From an uncultured Clostridia bacterium (GTDB lineage Bacteria; Bacillota; Clostridia; Christensenellales; UBA1242): a stretch of 64,000 bases of DNA. The position numbers were made by a program, and so were the translations under genes. Of this stretch, positions 27,605 through 37,300 are shown one piece after another. The notes under the pieces are model-generated. The model had not been told where the DNA came from. It searched no databases and saw only the letters and a program-made list of their open reading frames with translations. Where the stretch lies: the NCBI GenBank assembly GCA_944377365.1, contig CALWEQ010000008.1, positions 1,480 through 65,479 on the forward strand. Reading direction: 5' to 3'. Positions within the stretch are counted from its first letter, which is position 1. Every line of letters begins with the position of its first letter.

Positions 27605-29404
27605 ATGAAAAGAAGCAAATTTACAAAACTTATATTAACTTTATCGCTATGTTTTATCATGTGCGTTTCTGTTTTTGCGGGTTGTTCTCTTGTTACAACC
27701 GACATGTCGCGTTATTATTCGCAAATAGTGGCAGCTTTTGAGTACGAAAATGGAGAAAAAATTGAAATTACAAAAAGGGATTTGTCAGTAGCTGTTGCAA
27801 ATTATAGTTCGACTTATGAAAGTTATGGCTTGACAGGAGAAGAAGCAGTTAAGCAAATTTTAGAATCAGTTATAAATGAAAAATTAATTATTCGCGCATC
27901 TGAAAATATGGCGAGAGAAATAAATGGCGGAGAAACGCTGACAGTTAAAGAAAAAACATATCTTTGGGAGCTTACTTTTGAAACCATAGAGGACAACATT
28001 AAAAGCTACTACAACGATATGAACGATCTTGAAGAAGAAACTGAACAATCAAGTGAAGAAGACGAGCAAGTTACAACCCAAAATCATTATAAAAAGCCTT
28101 TAACATTAAGAATAGAAAATGATGGCGAAATTACTTTGATTGTCAACAATACTGTGACTAGTGAAATTGAAAATCACACCTTTTGGAACGGTGAAGACAG
28201 AGATGTAACTAAGCAAAATGACTTAAATGTTTTATACGAAAATGTCGTTAACTATGTAAGCAACAATCCAAAGTATGCACAGGGATACAGCAGGTATTTG
28301 TCTGAAGCAAAACAATCGGAAAAAGGGATGGGGCTTGCAACTGACAATGAATCGGTTTTTAAGAGAGAAATTCAACGTGTTTATGGTGTTCTTTACGATT
28401 CATTTATGGTGGACAAATATCAAGAGTTAAATCAATCAAACAATTCTTCTGTTACAATTCAAAATCTTTTGGATTTATATGAAAACAAAGTTATCAATGA
28501 TTACAACAAATATGTTGTAGAGCAATCTTCAACTTACGAAGAAGACGTTTTAGAAGATGTTTCTTCTGTCAATTATTTTAAGACAACAGGAACACAATTT
28601 TTCTACGTTTCACATGTTTTGGCAAAATTTTCTGAAGCAGAACAGCAGTTGTATGACGAATGCCAGAAGGTTATAGAAGGGACCAGCACTAAATACACGG
28701 TTGGCGAAGCGCAAGATTTGATAGAAGATTTGTACAACAACCTAACATTTGTTGTTCGTGAGCCACAAAAAGATGAAGAAGGCAACATTGTTTACAATGA
28801 AGATGGGAGCGTTGCTTGGGTAGAAACAGGAGAAAGAAAACCTGTTAAAGCTGTGTTTGAAGAGATAGAGTTAAAGCTTGCAACTGCGGGCAATGACGAA
28901 AAACTTAAAGCGGAATATTTTGATGAGTTTGTTTACAAGTACAATGAAGACGAAGGAATTATGAATGCTGATCGAAATTATGTTATAGGTGTTGATTTTG
29001 CAACTCCCGACGCGGAAAGTGAGACTAATTACACGGCACATTCAAACATGGTGGAATCATTCACAAATGCAGCCATAGAACTTTACAACAACGGCAATGC
29101 AAACATAGGCGATCTTTATTCTCAAGAAATCAGATCGGATTATGGCATTCACATCATGGTGTATGAAGGAAAGGTAGAAAATCTTTTTTCCAACATCGAT
29201 TCTAATTTCAATTTATCAAAGGCGGATGTCCAAGTTCTTAATGAGGCAAGACTGAAAGCTGGAGAAGACAAAACCATTTTGGACGTTTTGTATGAAGAAA
29301 TAGACACTGACAGATATTCACTTTTTGAAAATATGAACATTCAGTTTTTGAGGTCTGAAGGAAAAATAACCTATTATCCAGATGCATACAAAGATTTGTA
29401 CTGA
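27605..29404 (+). CDS. PrsA-like parvulin foldase lipoprotein (extended)
   Basis: Lipobox FAGC, VSHVL, MVESF..AA, SDYGIHI; located directly after mfd; ATG 27605 with GGAG RBS. Confidence 0.75.
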   Translation: MKRSKFTKLILTLSLCFIMCVSVFAGCSLVTTDMSRYYSQIVAAFEYENGEKIEITKRDLSVAVANYSSTYESYGLTGEEAVKQILESVINEKLIIRASENMAREINGGETLTVKEKTYLWELTFETIEDNIKSYYNDMNDLEEETEQSSEEDEQVTTQNHYKKPLTLRIENDGEITLIVNNTVTSEIENHTFWNGEDRDVTKQNDLNVLYENVVNYVSNNPKYAQGYSRYLSEAKQSEKGMGLATDNESVFKREIQRVYGVLYDSFMVDKYQELNQSNNSSVTIQNLLDLYENKVINDYNKYVVEQSSTYEEDVLEDVSSVNYFKTTGTQFFYVSHVLAKFSEAEQQLYDECQKVIEGTSTKYTVGEAQDLIEDLYNNLTFVVREPQKDEEGNIVYNEDGSVAWVETGERKPVKAVFEEIELKLATAGNDEKLKAEYFDEFVYKYNEDEGIMNADRNYVIGVDFATPDAESETNYTAHSNMVESFTNAAIELYNNGNANIGDLYSQEIRSDYGIHIMVYEGKVENLFSNIDSNFNLSKADVQVLNEARLKAGEDKTILDVLYEEIDTDRYSLFENMNIQFLRSEGKITYYPDAYKDLY

Positions 29405-29471
29405 TAAATAATTAATTTGACAGCTCTTGTTTGTTTGACAAGAGTTTTTTTATTTGTTAGAATATACGAGT

Positions 29472-30800
29472 ATGGATGAAAACACCTCACAGAAAGAATT
29501 TGTGGAAACAGAAGAATTTTTAAAAGAAAAAGCGATTAATGATGCGCATGAGGAGACACAAAAGTCTTCTAATTTTTCACAATTAAAGATCGATGTTGAT
29601 CAGCTTTCTAGCGAGGAAAAAGCAAAACTTGACGAAGCACAACAGGCCGTTGCAAAAAGAAGTGGCAAAAACAAAAAAGTTTGGAATATTTGTATGTTTT
29701 TCTTAAATGTTGGAGTTATTGCGGGGATATTGTTGTACACTCTTTTTACAAATGAGTTTACTCCGTTAAGTCAAATTGACATAAACATTCAATGGTTTTT
29801 TGTAGCATTATTATTTTTTGGTGTTGCTTTTGTGTTTGACACATGGTCAGTTTCTCATTTATTGAAAAAAAATTGTGGCAAAGCAAGATTTATTTTGTCT
29901 TTAAAAACGAATTTATGCGGTCGCTATTATGATGCGGTAACGCCTCTTGCAACAGGTGGACAACCTTTTCAGGTGACCTACTTGATTTCAAGAGATGTTC
30001 CGTCTGCGGCAGCTCTTTCAGTGCCAATGGCAAGGCTTTTTTTTCAGCAACTGACTTGGCTTATTTTGTCAGCGACATGTTTAATTGTTACTGCCGTTGA
30101 CAAGTCTTTTAACATGGTTGTTTCTATAGCTTCAGCGATAGGTTTTATTCTTGGCTTTTTTACTATGTTTTTGACTTTGTTTTTGTCAATAAGTAAAAAG
30201 ACAGGTAAAGTTTTGGTGGTTAAAACTTTAAAACTGCTTCATAAAATGAAGATTGTTAAAAACTATGAAAAACAATATCAGCGTGTTACAAAATACGTAG
30301 AAGATTATCAAAATATTATGACTAATTATGTAAAGTGCCCGAAGGATTTGATAGTTATGATATTTTCATGTATCGCAAGATTAATTTTAGTTTATTCAAT
30401 ACCATTTTTCGTTTATTGTATGTTTAGTGATTTTGATCCGTCTATGTTTGGAAGAATGATGGTTATGGGTGTCTTAATTGATTTGGCTGCGAGTTTTATA
30501 CCTCTTCCAGGTGGATCAGGAGCAAGTGAAATTTCGTTTAGTATGATGTTTGGGGCTTATTTTGCTGGTGGTGAATTGTTTTGGGCTTTAATTATCTGGA
30601 GATTTTTCTCTTACTACATCTACCTAATTTTAGGCTTTGGAATGGTTGCTTATGATTTTGTTTATGGAAACAGAAAGTACAAATGGCAAAAAGTTGAGCG
30701 AAATTTACAAATGGAAAGCAGACGTTTTAAAAATGCCCAAATTGCAAATTTTAGAAGCGAAAGAGCTTTCAGACGCAAACGTCAACTGCGCAAATCTTAG
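29472..30800 (+). CDS. Lysylphosphatidylglycerol synthase TM / UPF0104 flippase-like protein
   Basis: YDAVTPLATGGQP, PLPGGSGASE, IWRFFSYY. Confidence 0.85.
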   Translation: MDENTSQKEFVETEEFLKEKAINDAHEETQKSSNFSQLKIDVDQLSSEEKAKLDEAQQAVAKRSGKNKKVWNICMFFLNVGVIAGILLYTLFTNEFTPLSQIDINIQWFFVALLFFGVAFVFDTWSVSHLLKKNCGKARFILSLKTNLCGRYYDAVTPLATGGQPFQVTYLISRDVPSAAALSVPMARLFFQQLTWLILSATCLIVTAVDKSFNMVVSIASAIGFILGFFTMFLTLFLSISKKTGKVLVVKTLKLLHKMKIVKNYEKQYQRVTKYVEDYQNIMTNYVKCPKDLIVMIFSCIARLILVYSIPFFVYCMFSDFDPSMFGRMMVMGVLIDLAASFIPLPGGSGASEISFSMMFGAYFAGGELFWALIIWRFFSYYIYLILGFGMVAYDFVYGNRKYKWQKVERNLQMESRRFKNAQIANFRSERAFRRKRQLRKS

Positions 30801-30833
30801 TATAAATATTTTTAAAAAGAAAAAAATATAACC

Positions 30834-31367
30834 ATGAGGAAGTTAAAAAAAAGTACTTATGGTTTTATTTTTGCTATAGTCGCACTGATAATAGCTTTGG
30901 CAGTGTCATTATATTTAGGATTGACAGGCTGGTTTTATTCAAACACATCTAGCTTGCAATCTGACATGCAACTTGGATCAAATGTTGATCTGTCATTAAA
31001 AGGCACGGAAACGCAAAGCGTTTCATTTACTCTAAATGGTTCATATTTACCTGGTCAGGAATTAAAACAATATATAAATTTAACAAACGAGTTTGAGTCT
31101 CCAATTTATGTTCGTGCAAAGGCTTTAATTTTTAGCTATGATTTGAATGATCCTAAGGTTGAACTAGGGGTAAATGATTTGTGGACGGAAAGTGGAGATT
31201 ATTATTATTTCACCGAGGCATTAGAATCGCAAAACAAAATCTCTGTGGCTTCTTACGTAAAACTTTTAAATGACGAATTTTATGATTCTCACAAAAGCTA
31301 TGTTTTGACTATAATTGTAGAAGGTTTAGATGCTAGTTTGGATCGCCAGCAAATTTGGGGTTTTTAA
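30834..31367 (+). CDS. SipW-class signal peptide (TasA/camelysin-like) protein
   Basis: TM followed by LTGWF...LG, LPG...I.LTN....IYVRAK, W...DYYYF...LE. Confidence 0.5.
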   Translation: MRKLKKSTYGFIFAIVALIIALAVSLYLGLTGWFYSNTSSLQSDMQLGSNVDLSLKGTETQSVSFTLNGSYLPGQELKQYINLTNEFESPIYVRAKALIFSYDLNDPKVELGVNDLWTESGDYYYFTEALESQNKISVASYVKLLNDEFYDSHKSYVLTIIVEGLDASLDRQQIWGF

Positions 31368-31395
31368 TTTAAAAAAAATTGTCAATAAACTTTGC

Positions 31396-31848
31396 ATGAA
31401 AAAATTAATGTATTTTTTATTTGCGATGTCATTGATTGCCGGTTCGGTAGCATTGCCTAAGTCTTTTTCAAATCAAAATATTGATTTTAAAAGTGCTGTA
31501 GTGGTTACTGATTTGCAAACCGCTGAAAAAATTGGCAAGCCGTTTGTTTTAAATGGAGAAGATGCAATAATTAAAGTAGAAAGTGATAGTTTTTTAAATA
31601 TATTAGAAAATTATGATGCAAAAGCAATAGTGTTTAATTTAGACGAAAGCGAATTTGAAAGCATGTCTAATCAATTAAGACTTCAGACTATTTCTAAAAT
31701 AGAAATTGAAGGTATGGCAGTCGAATATTCTTACACGCCTTTGTATTCAAAAAGTTTTATAAGCGATGGGAAAAAAATAAATGCTGAGATTGTACGTAAA
31801 AACAATGAAGTAGTTGTAGGCTTTCCAACAATCGCCACTGGATATTAA
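31396..31848 (+). CDS. YwmB-like protein
   Basis: Signal peptide; C-terminal YSYTP....KKINAEI.....VGFPTI..GY; lies upstream of the spoIIQ-like gene. Confidence 0.6.
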   Translation: MKKLMYFLFAMSLIAGSVALPKSFSNQNIDFKSAVVVTDLQTAEKIGKPFVLNGEDAIIKVESDSFLNILENYDAKAIVFNLDESEFESMSNQLRLQTISKIEIEGMAVEYSYTPLYSKSFISDGKKINAEIVRKNNEVVVGFPTIATGY

Positions 31849-31855
31849 AATAAAT

Positions 31856-31884
31856 GTATAAAAAATTTTATAGTGTCAACAATC
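31856..31884 (+). promoter_or_regulatory. Putative sigma-F promoter of the spoIIQ-like gene
   Basis: GTATA-14 bp-GTCAACAATC, similar to the sigma-F consensus. Confidence 0.45.
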
Positions 31885-31903
31885 TATGGCGAGGAGGAAA
31901 AAA

Positions 31904-32491
31904 ATGGAAATAAGAAAAGATAACAAATTTTTTACATTCTTTAAACGCTTTGGACTTTATATTTTAGGAGGGCTTATAATTGTGGCTGTAATTGTAACTG
32001 CGACAGTTGCAGGAACGCTTGCGAACCGTGGAGGAGACGAGCAGGGGCCAACGGTAGACGTAACCACCCAGCCAATAAGCTTTGGACTTCCTATGAACGA
32101 AGCGGTAATCATCAGAGATTTTTCAGGCGAGCTTTTACAATTTAACGAGACAATGGAAAAATATCAAGCTCATTGCGCAGTTGATTTAACAAGCGAAGAC
32201 CCAACAGTAATGGCTGTCGCTGACGGCACTGTAATCGACACCGATTATCGCTATTTACAGGGTTATAGTGTGACAATTGAACATAAAGACGGCTTTGTAA
32301 GTGTTTATTCTTCCCTTGACGAAAATCTTAAAGTGGGTGAAGGCGACACAGTGACAAAAGGACAAGCTATAGGGACGATATCAACGTCAGCTGCGAATGA
32401 GGCAAGTTATGGCGCACATTTAGAGTTGACTTTATATCAAAACGATCAAAAAGTTGATCCAAACTCATTTATTTCTTTACAATCTAAATAA
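31904..32491 (+). CDS. spoIIQ: SpoIIQ-like M23/LytM protein
   Basis: N-terminal TM, HCAVD (HxxxD), YSSL and HLE in place of the canonical His residues; near spoIIID; GAGGAGG RBS. Confidence 0.65.
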   Translation: MEIRKDNKFFTFFKRFGLYILGGLIIVAVIVTATVAGTLANRGGDEQGPTVDVTTQPISFGLPMNEAVIIRDFSGELLQFNETMEKYQAHCAVDLTSEDPTVMAVADGTVIDTDYRYLQGYSVTIEHKDGFVSVYSSLDENLKVGEGDTVTKGQAIGTISTSAANEASYGAHLELTLYQNDQKVDPNSFISLQSK

Positions 32492-32553
32492 AAAGCAAAA
32501 ATTGTTTGTTTTCTACGTGTATGTATGCTATAATTAAACACGTGGAGGAAGAA

Positions 32554-32775
32554 ATGAAAGAGAAAGTCAAAGAACTTATTGCCGAACAACTTTGCATATC
32601 GCCAGATGATATCGCTGATGATGCAAACATAGTAGAAGATTTGGGGGCAGATTCGCTTGATGTCGTAGAAATGCTTATGCTTCTGGAAGACAATTTTTCA
32701 ATAAAAATTCCTGATGACCAAATCGGCAACATAAAAACTGTAAACGATATTTGCAAAATAATACAATCAAAATAA
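32554..32775 (+). CDS. acpP: Acyl carrier protein
   Basis: DLGADSLDVVE phosphopantetheine motif; GGAGG RBS before ATG 32554. Confidence 0.93.
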   Translation: MKEKVKELIAEQLCISPDDIADDANIVEDLGADSLDVVEMLMLLEDNFSIKIPDDQIGNIKTVNDICKIIQSK

Positions 32776-32782
32776 TTATTTA

Positions 32783-32817
32783 AACGGTGCATTGTTATGC
32801 ACCGTTAATTTTTTTTT
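32783..32817 (+). terminator. Terminator after acpP
   Basis: aacggtgcat-tgtt-atgcaccgtt followed by a T run. Confidence 0.8.
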
Positions 32818-32899
32818 GCAAAATTATACAACAATTTATTTTTTTTGACATAACTCGACAAACGGCAGAATAGATTTATAGCAAGGAGGTTATTCTGCT

Positions 32900-33151
32900 G
32901 TGAAAGAGGAAATTTGCAAAAGAGTGCTTCTTGAAGCTGAATATATAATAAGCACTCTCAGCACACTCAGACAAACTGCAACCCTCTTCGGAGTTAGCAA
33001 AAGCACCGTGCATGTTGACATGTCAAAGAGGCTTAAAAAACTTAGTGAAAAAAAATATAGAAAAATAGAAAAAATATTAGATATCAACTTTTCTGAAAAA
33101 CATATTAGAGGAGGGCAGGCTACAAAAATTAAATATTTAAATAAACAGTAA
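32900..33151 (+). CDS. spoIIID: Sporulation transcriptional regulator SpoIIID
   Basis: A.YII....T.R..A..FGVSKSTVH.D...RL...HIRGGQATK.KY; AGGAGG RBS; sigma-E-like ACATAA...GAATAGAT upstream. Confidence 0.93.
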   Translation: MKEEICKRVLLEAEYIISTLSTLRQTATLFGVSKSTVHVDMSKRLKKLSEKKYRKIEKILDINFSEKHIRGGQATKIKYLNKQ

Positions 33152-33382
33152 TTTTAATTTTTATTAATAAATAGCAAATATTTTATTAAACAAAACCTAT
33201 TCAATTTGACGACATATCATTTTTATATCGTTTAAAATAAAACAATTAAAAACAATATTTTAAATGGTATAAATTAATTTTTTAATACTAAATTAAAAAA
33301 AATACAAAAAAAATGCTAAAAAATTGCAAAAAAATACAATTTTTTAGCATTTTTTATTTAATTATTGATATTTTACTTAATT

Positions 33383-34093
33383 TTATTTTATCTGCCATAG
33401 TTTATATCTCTGTGGATTAGTGAGTGCGTTTAACAAAGATTGTTTTATGTTTGGACATTCGTTTTCTAATTTTTCTAAAAACTTCTTTGTAGACTGCCGA
33501 GTGGTAGCATGATCAACAGGGCAAATGTTTTTTGTTAATGGCAACGAATTTGTTTGCGCGATTATTTCATTTTCATAACATAAAAGCATCGGCCTAATCA
33601 ACGTTAAATCTGTTCGACTCAAGTAGCTCTTGGCAGGCAACACGTAAAGTCTGTTTTCTTGTTTTATTGCCATGCAGAAGGTTTCCAAAAGATCATCGGC
33701 ATGATGCCCCAAAGCCACCTTGTTGCAACCGTGCTTTTTAGCCGTAGAATAAAGCAATCCTTTTCTTAAGTTTGCACATAAAGAGCAAGGATTTTTTTCT
33801 TTTCTTATGTCAAAAACGATTTCAAATATGTTTGAGTTTATCACCAACAATTCAACATTCAATTGTTCGCAAAAGGATTTTAAGTTTGAGAAATTCATTT
33901 TGCCGTTTGACAAATCTATGCATATTGCAATCAAACTAAAGCAATTTTTGAATTTTTTTCTTAATTCGCAAAGCGCTTTTAGCAACATCAAGCTGTCTTT
34001 TCCGCCTGACAACCCGACCGCAATTTTATCGCCCTCTTGAATTAAATCTTGTATTTTACAAAGTTTTTTTATTTTTGTTATTAAATTTTTCAT
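33383..34093 (-). CDS. ttcA: tRNA 2-thiocytidine(32) synthetase TtcA
   Basis: PP-loop SGGKDS, PCSLCA.LR.G, LGHHADD, LIRP, CP. Confidence 0.88.
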   Translation of the reverse strand: MKNLITKIKKLCKIQDLIQEGDKIAVGLSGGKDSLMLLKALCELRKKFKNCFSLIAICIDLSNGKMNFSNLKSFCEQLNVELLVINSNIFEIVFDIRKEKNPCSLCANLRKGLLYSTAKKHGCNKVALGHHADDLLETFCMAIKQENRLYVLPAKSYLSRTDLTLIRPMLLCYENEIIAQTNSLPLTKNICPVDHATTRQSTKKFLEKLENECPNIKQSLLNALTNPQRYKLWQIK

Positions 34094-34272
34094 AAAAATT
34101 ATCCTTAAAAATTAAATAAAATCATAAAAAATTGCTAAAAAACATAAAAATTTTAATAAATTAATTAAAAAACAGTTTTTTATTGATTTTTTTATAATTT
34201 ATTTGATAAAAAATTGTAATATTTTTTTCATTATTATTTTAATAGTTTTTTATTTATTTTGCAAGCTTTTAT

Positions 34273-34302
34273 TTGACAATTTTCGAACAAATGTTTTATA
34301 AT
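34273..34302 (+). promoter_or_regulatory. Sigma-A promoter of the giant gene, with an embedded LexA (Cheo)-like box
   Basis: TTGACA (34273) -18 bp- TATAAT (34297); CGAACAAATGTTTT at 34284-34297. Confidence 0.55.
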
Positions 34303-34388
34303 TTTATATATCTAGATATATAAATTAAAAATTTTCGATTGCCGATTATAAAATCTAGATAATTAAAAATAATATCTTAGGAGGCAAA

Positions 34389-37300
34389 ATGAAAAAAGTT
34401 TTGTTGGCATTGTTGAGTGTCTTCTTCCTCGTCGGCGGGGTTGTGTTTTCCGCATGCAACGAGCAAAAGCCACAGGCGGTGATAAATGTTGTTTCATCTG
34501 ATTTTGTTTCCGAAGATTACATAGAGATCGATTTGACATCGGACAAGCCATATGCACAATTAACTGCAACGGTTGAAAATGTTTCTTATGGCCAGGTTGA
34601 TGCAAACACGAGTTCAGATTCAATTTTGACAACATCAACCCAATTTAATTCAAATGCCAATTCAACGCAAATAACAATTTATGGCGAAAGCGAAGGCAGG
34701 GGGATTGTTGAATTAAAAAGTGCAGAGGGCAGTGCATCTAAAATTATCAACGTTTTTGTTTACAGCAATATTTTGGGTGTGGAACAAAAAGATTCTTCTG
34801 TGGATAAAAATCAATATGTGATCAGGGGAGAAGCTAATTCGCTTGATCCTAGTAGATATTTAAATTTTACAAGCAGGCCAAACGGCGAAAGCAACAGAAA
34901 AGATGTAACATGGGAATTTGATGAAGAACAAAGTCAACTTGATCTTGATCTTAATGATGATGTTTTGACGGTTGATGGTGGATATATCGGTGATAGCGTT
35001 AAGCTTGTTGCAAGATCGGTTTACACAGATTACTTCGCAAATGTTACGCTTAGTGTGGTTGACCGTTTTGACGCTCCAACTTTGACTTTTAGTAGAGAGG
35101 GCTCGGCAGGTTATGAAAGTTATGAAACGCCTTTTAATTTAATTAAAAACGATGAAGCTCAAGAAGAAGCAAAACTTTACGTAAAGCTTGATTTTAATGG
35201 CCTCGATCAATCGGAGCTTGTGACATCATGGCAGGTTTATTCAAACGGGGTGAATGTTGCTGATGTTTTAGACATAACTCGTCAAGGATCAGACACTAAT
35301 GGCAATCCATATTATTTAATTCGCGCCAAAAGTGCAGATTTAAGTGTGCAGACTTTAAGTGTAAATTGTGTTGTGTCATACAAAGATATAAACTATTCAC
35401 AAACCAGTTCGTCGTTTGAATTAAATTTGGTTGATGTTGTTGACAGGATAAGTGTTACTTCAAACGGCGAAAATGTTTTGCAAGCAAGCGAATGGGACAT
35501 TTACAACAATTATTCAAGCGACATGTCTTACGGAAGACCTTTCCAAGTCGTGTTGGGCCCTAACACTGTTGAAGGAGCAAAATTCAAAATCACTTCCAGT
35601 GAAAACTTGGGGAATTTGTTTAGCATTTATTATCAAGAAGCCGGTGCAGAACTACGACAAATTACTTTTATCGAAACTAATGGAGAGTTTGAAAGTGAAA
35701 ACATACCAAACAACGCCATTGTTTACTTTAAAGCTAAATCTGAATCAGGTGAAACAGCAACAGTAGAATTTGTGTCAACTCAGTCAGAAAACGTCAATGT
35801 TAGTTTTAATTTAACTACAAAAGAGGCGCCAAACAGCGATTTTAACATAACAAGTGAAACAGACTTTTATCTTTCCACTTTGGAAGAGGAAAGAAGTGTG
35901 TTTAGCGAACTTAAATTGTCGGACACAACTAAGATATCACAAATTTTCGATGGGCTATATTATGAAATCGAAAATCTTAATGGAGAGGCAAAAATTAGTG
36001 TTAGTTTGCAATTAAGTGGAGATACCGCTACAATTACTGTAACAAACAACGAGAAAAATATCACTGACAATTATAAAATAAGAATTTGCCATAAAAGTGG
36101 ATTTAAGTCAAACAACACTATTAACGTTTCTGCTTTTACGCCATTAACTAATGCTTCTATCGGCCTTTATGGTGCGAACAGCAATTCGGTTGTTGAAATT
36201 GGAAATGGTTATCAAAATGATGGGGCATTGACGCAGGACTATACGTTGACTAAACTTGTTATGCGCTCGTCCAATTCGGTTAGTTTAAACTTGTCGCTAA
36301 ATCAAGGGGCGACGTTGCAAGGTGATCGCCAAACGTTTGCTTTTTATAGATTTGCTGACGGTGTTGAAAATTTGAATGTTTCAACTTATGCTGATTTGCA
36401 ATCGGAAATAGCAAATGGCAATTTAGTTGGGTGTACCGATGTTACTTTTGACTTTATTACCAACAGGCTGACTGTTGAAGATGATGTAAAAGGATATGCA
36501 GTTTTTGTCTTTTCTGGTTATGATGAAGACCATGGAAATCATAATTTGCAGAGGTTGTTTTATTTAGAAGGTTACACCGGTCCTACAAGTCTTAGAGCAA
36601 ACCCGTCAAGTGTTTCACTTGTCGCAAGGGATTCGATTTCATTAAACGATTTTAGCTTGTCGACACAAAGCATTGAGGTTCGTTATCGTCTTGACAATAT
36701 TGGAATTACATATTTTGACATAAGCAAGTTCGATTTTTCTTCTTCTATTGACGTAAACGCACAGATTACTGGCGATGATGCTAATTTTAATTATAAAATC
36801 GAAAATATAACTACAACTGCTACCGAACTAAAATTTGATATCGTTGCATTGACGACATTTGATAAAAGTACTTTTAGTGATACTCTTATTATAGAATACA
36901 GCGATTTTGGTTCACTCAAGTATTATGCCGAAATTGATATAAACATAACAAGCGCTACGCGTGTTCAAAATCTTGTTTGGGAAAATCAAACAGAAAATGG
37001 AGAAATTCATTTAGAGCTTTATAGTGCAAATCAGTCTGACAAGCAGTTTACTATCATTACATCTGTTGCGCCACTTGATGCTTACAACAGAGATTTAACC
37101 TACATTTTTGTGCCAGGAGACAGCACTCCGTCAAATTTAGTAAACATCAACAATTTGGGAATTGTTACATTTGAATCGAGTTTAAATAGAGGTGGAACAG
37201 GCACTATTTATGTTTTGCCAACTGATGCAATTCGATTGATTGGTGGAAGTGAATATATTGTTTACTATCAAGATGGTCAAACGTCATCGACAGAAATATT

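Noticed and set aside
33152-33382. ncRNA or replication origin in the very AT-rich spacer
   Set aside because: Only a long imperfect inverted repeat (~33311-33352), consistent with a bidirectional terminator between convergent spoIIID and ttcA; no DnaA-box cluster seen.
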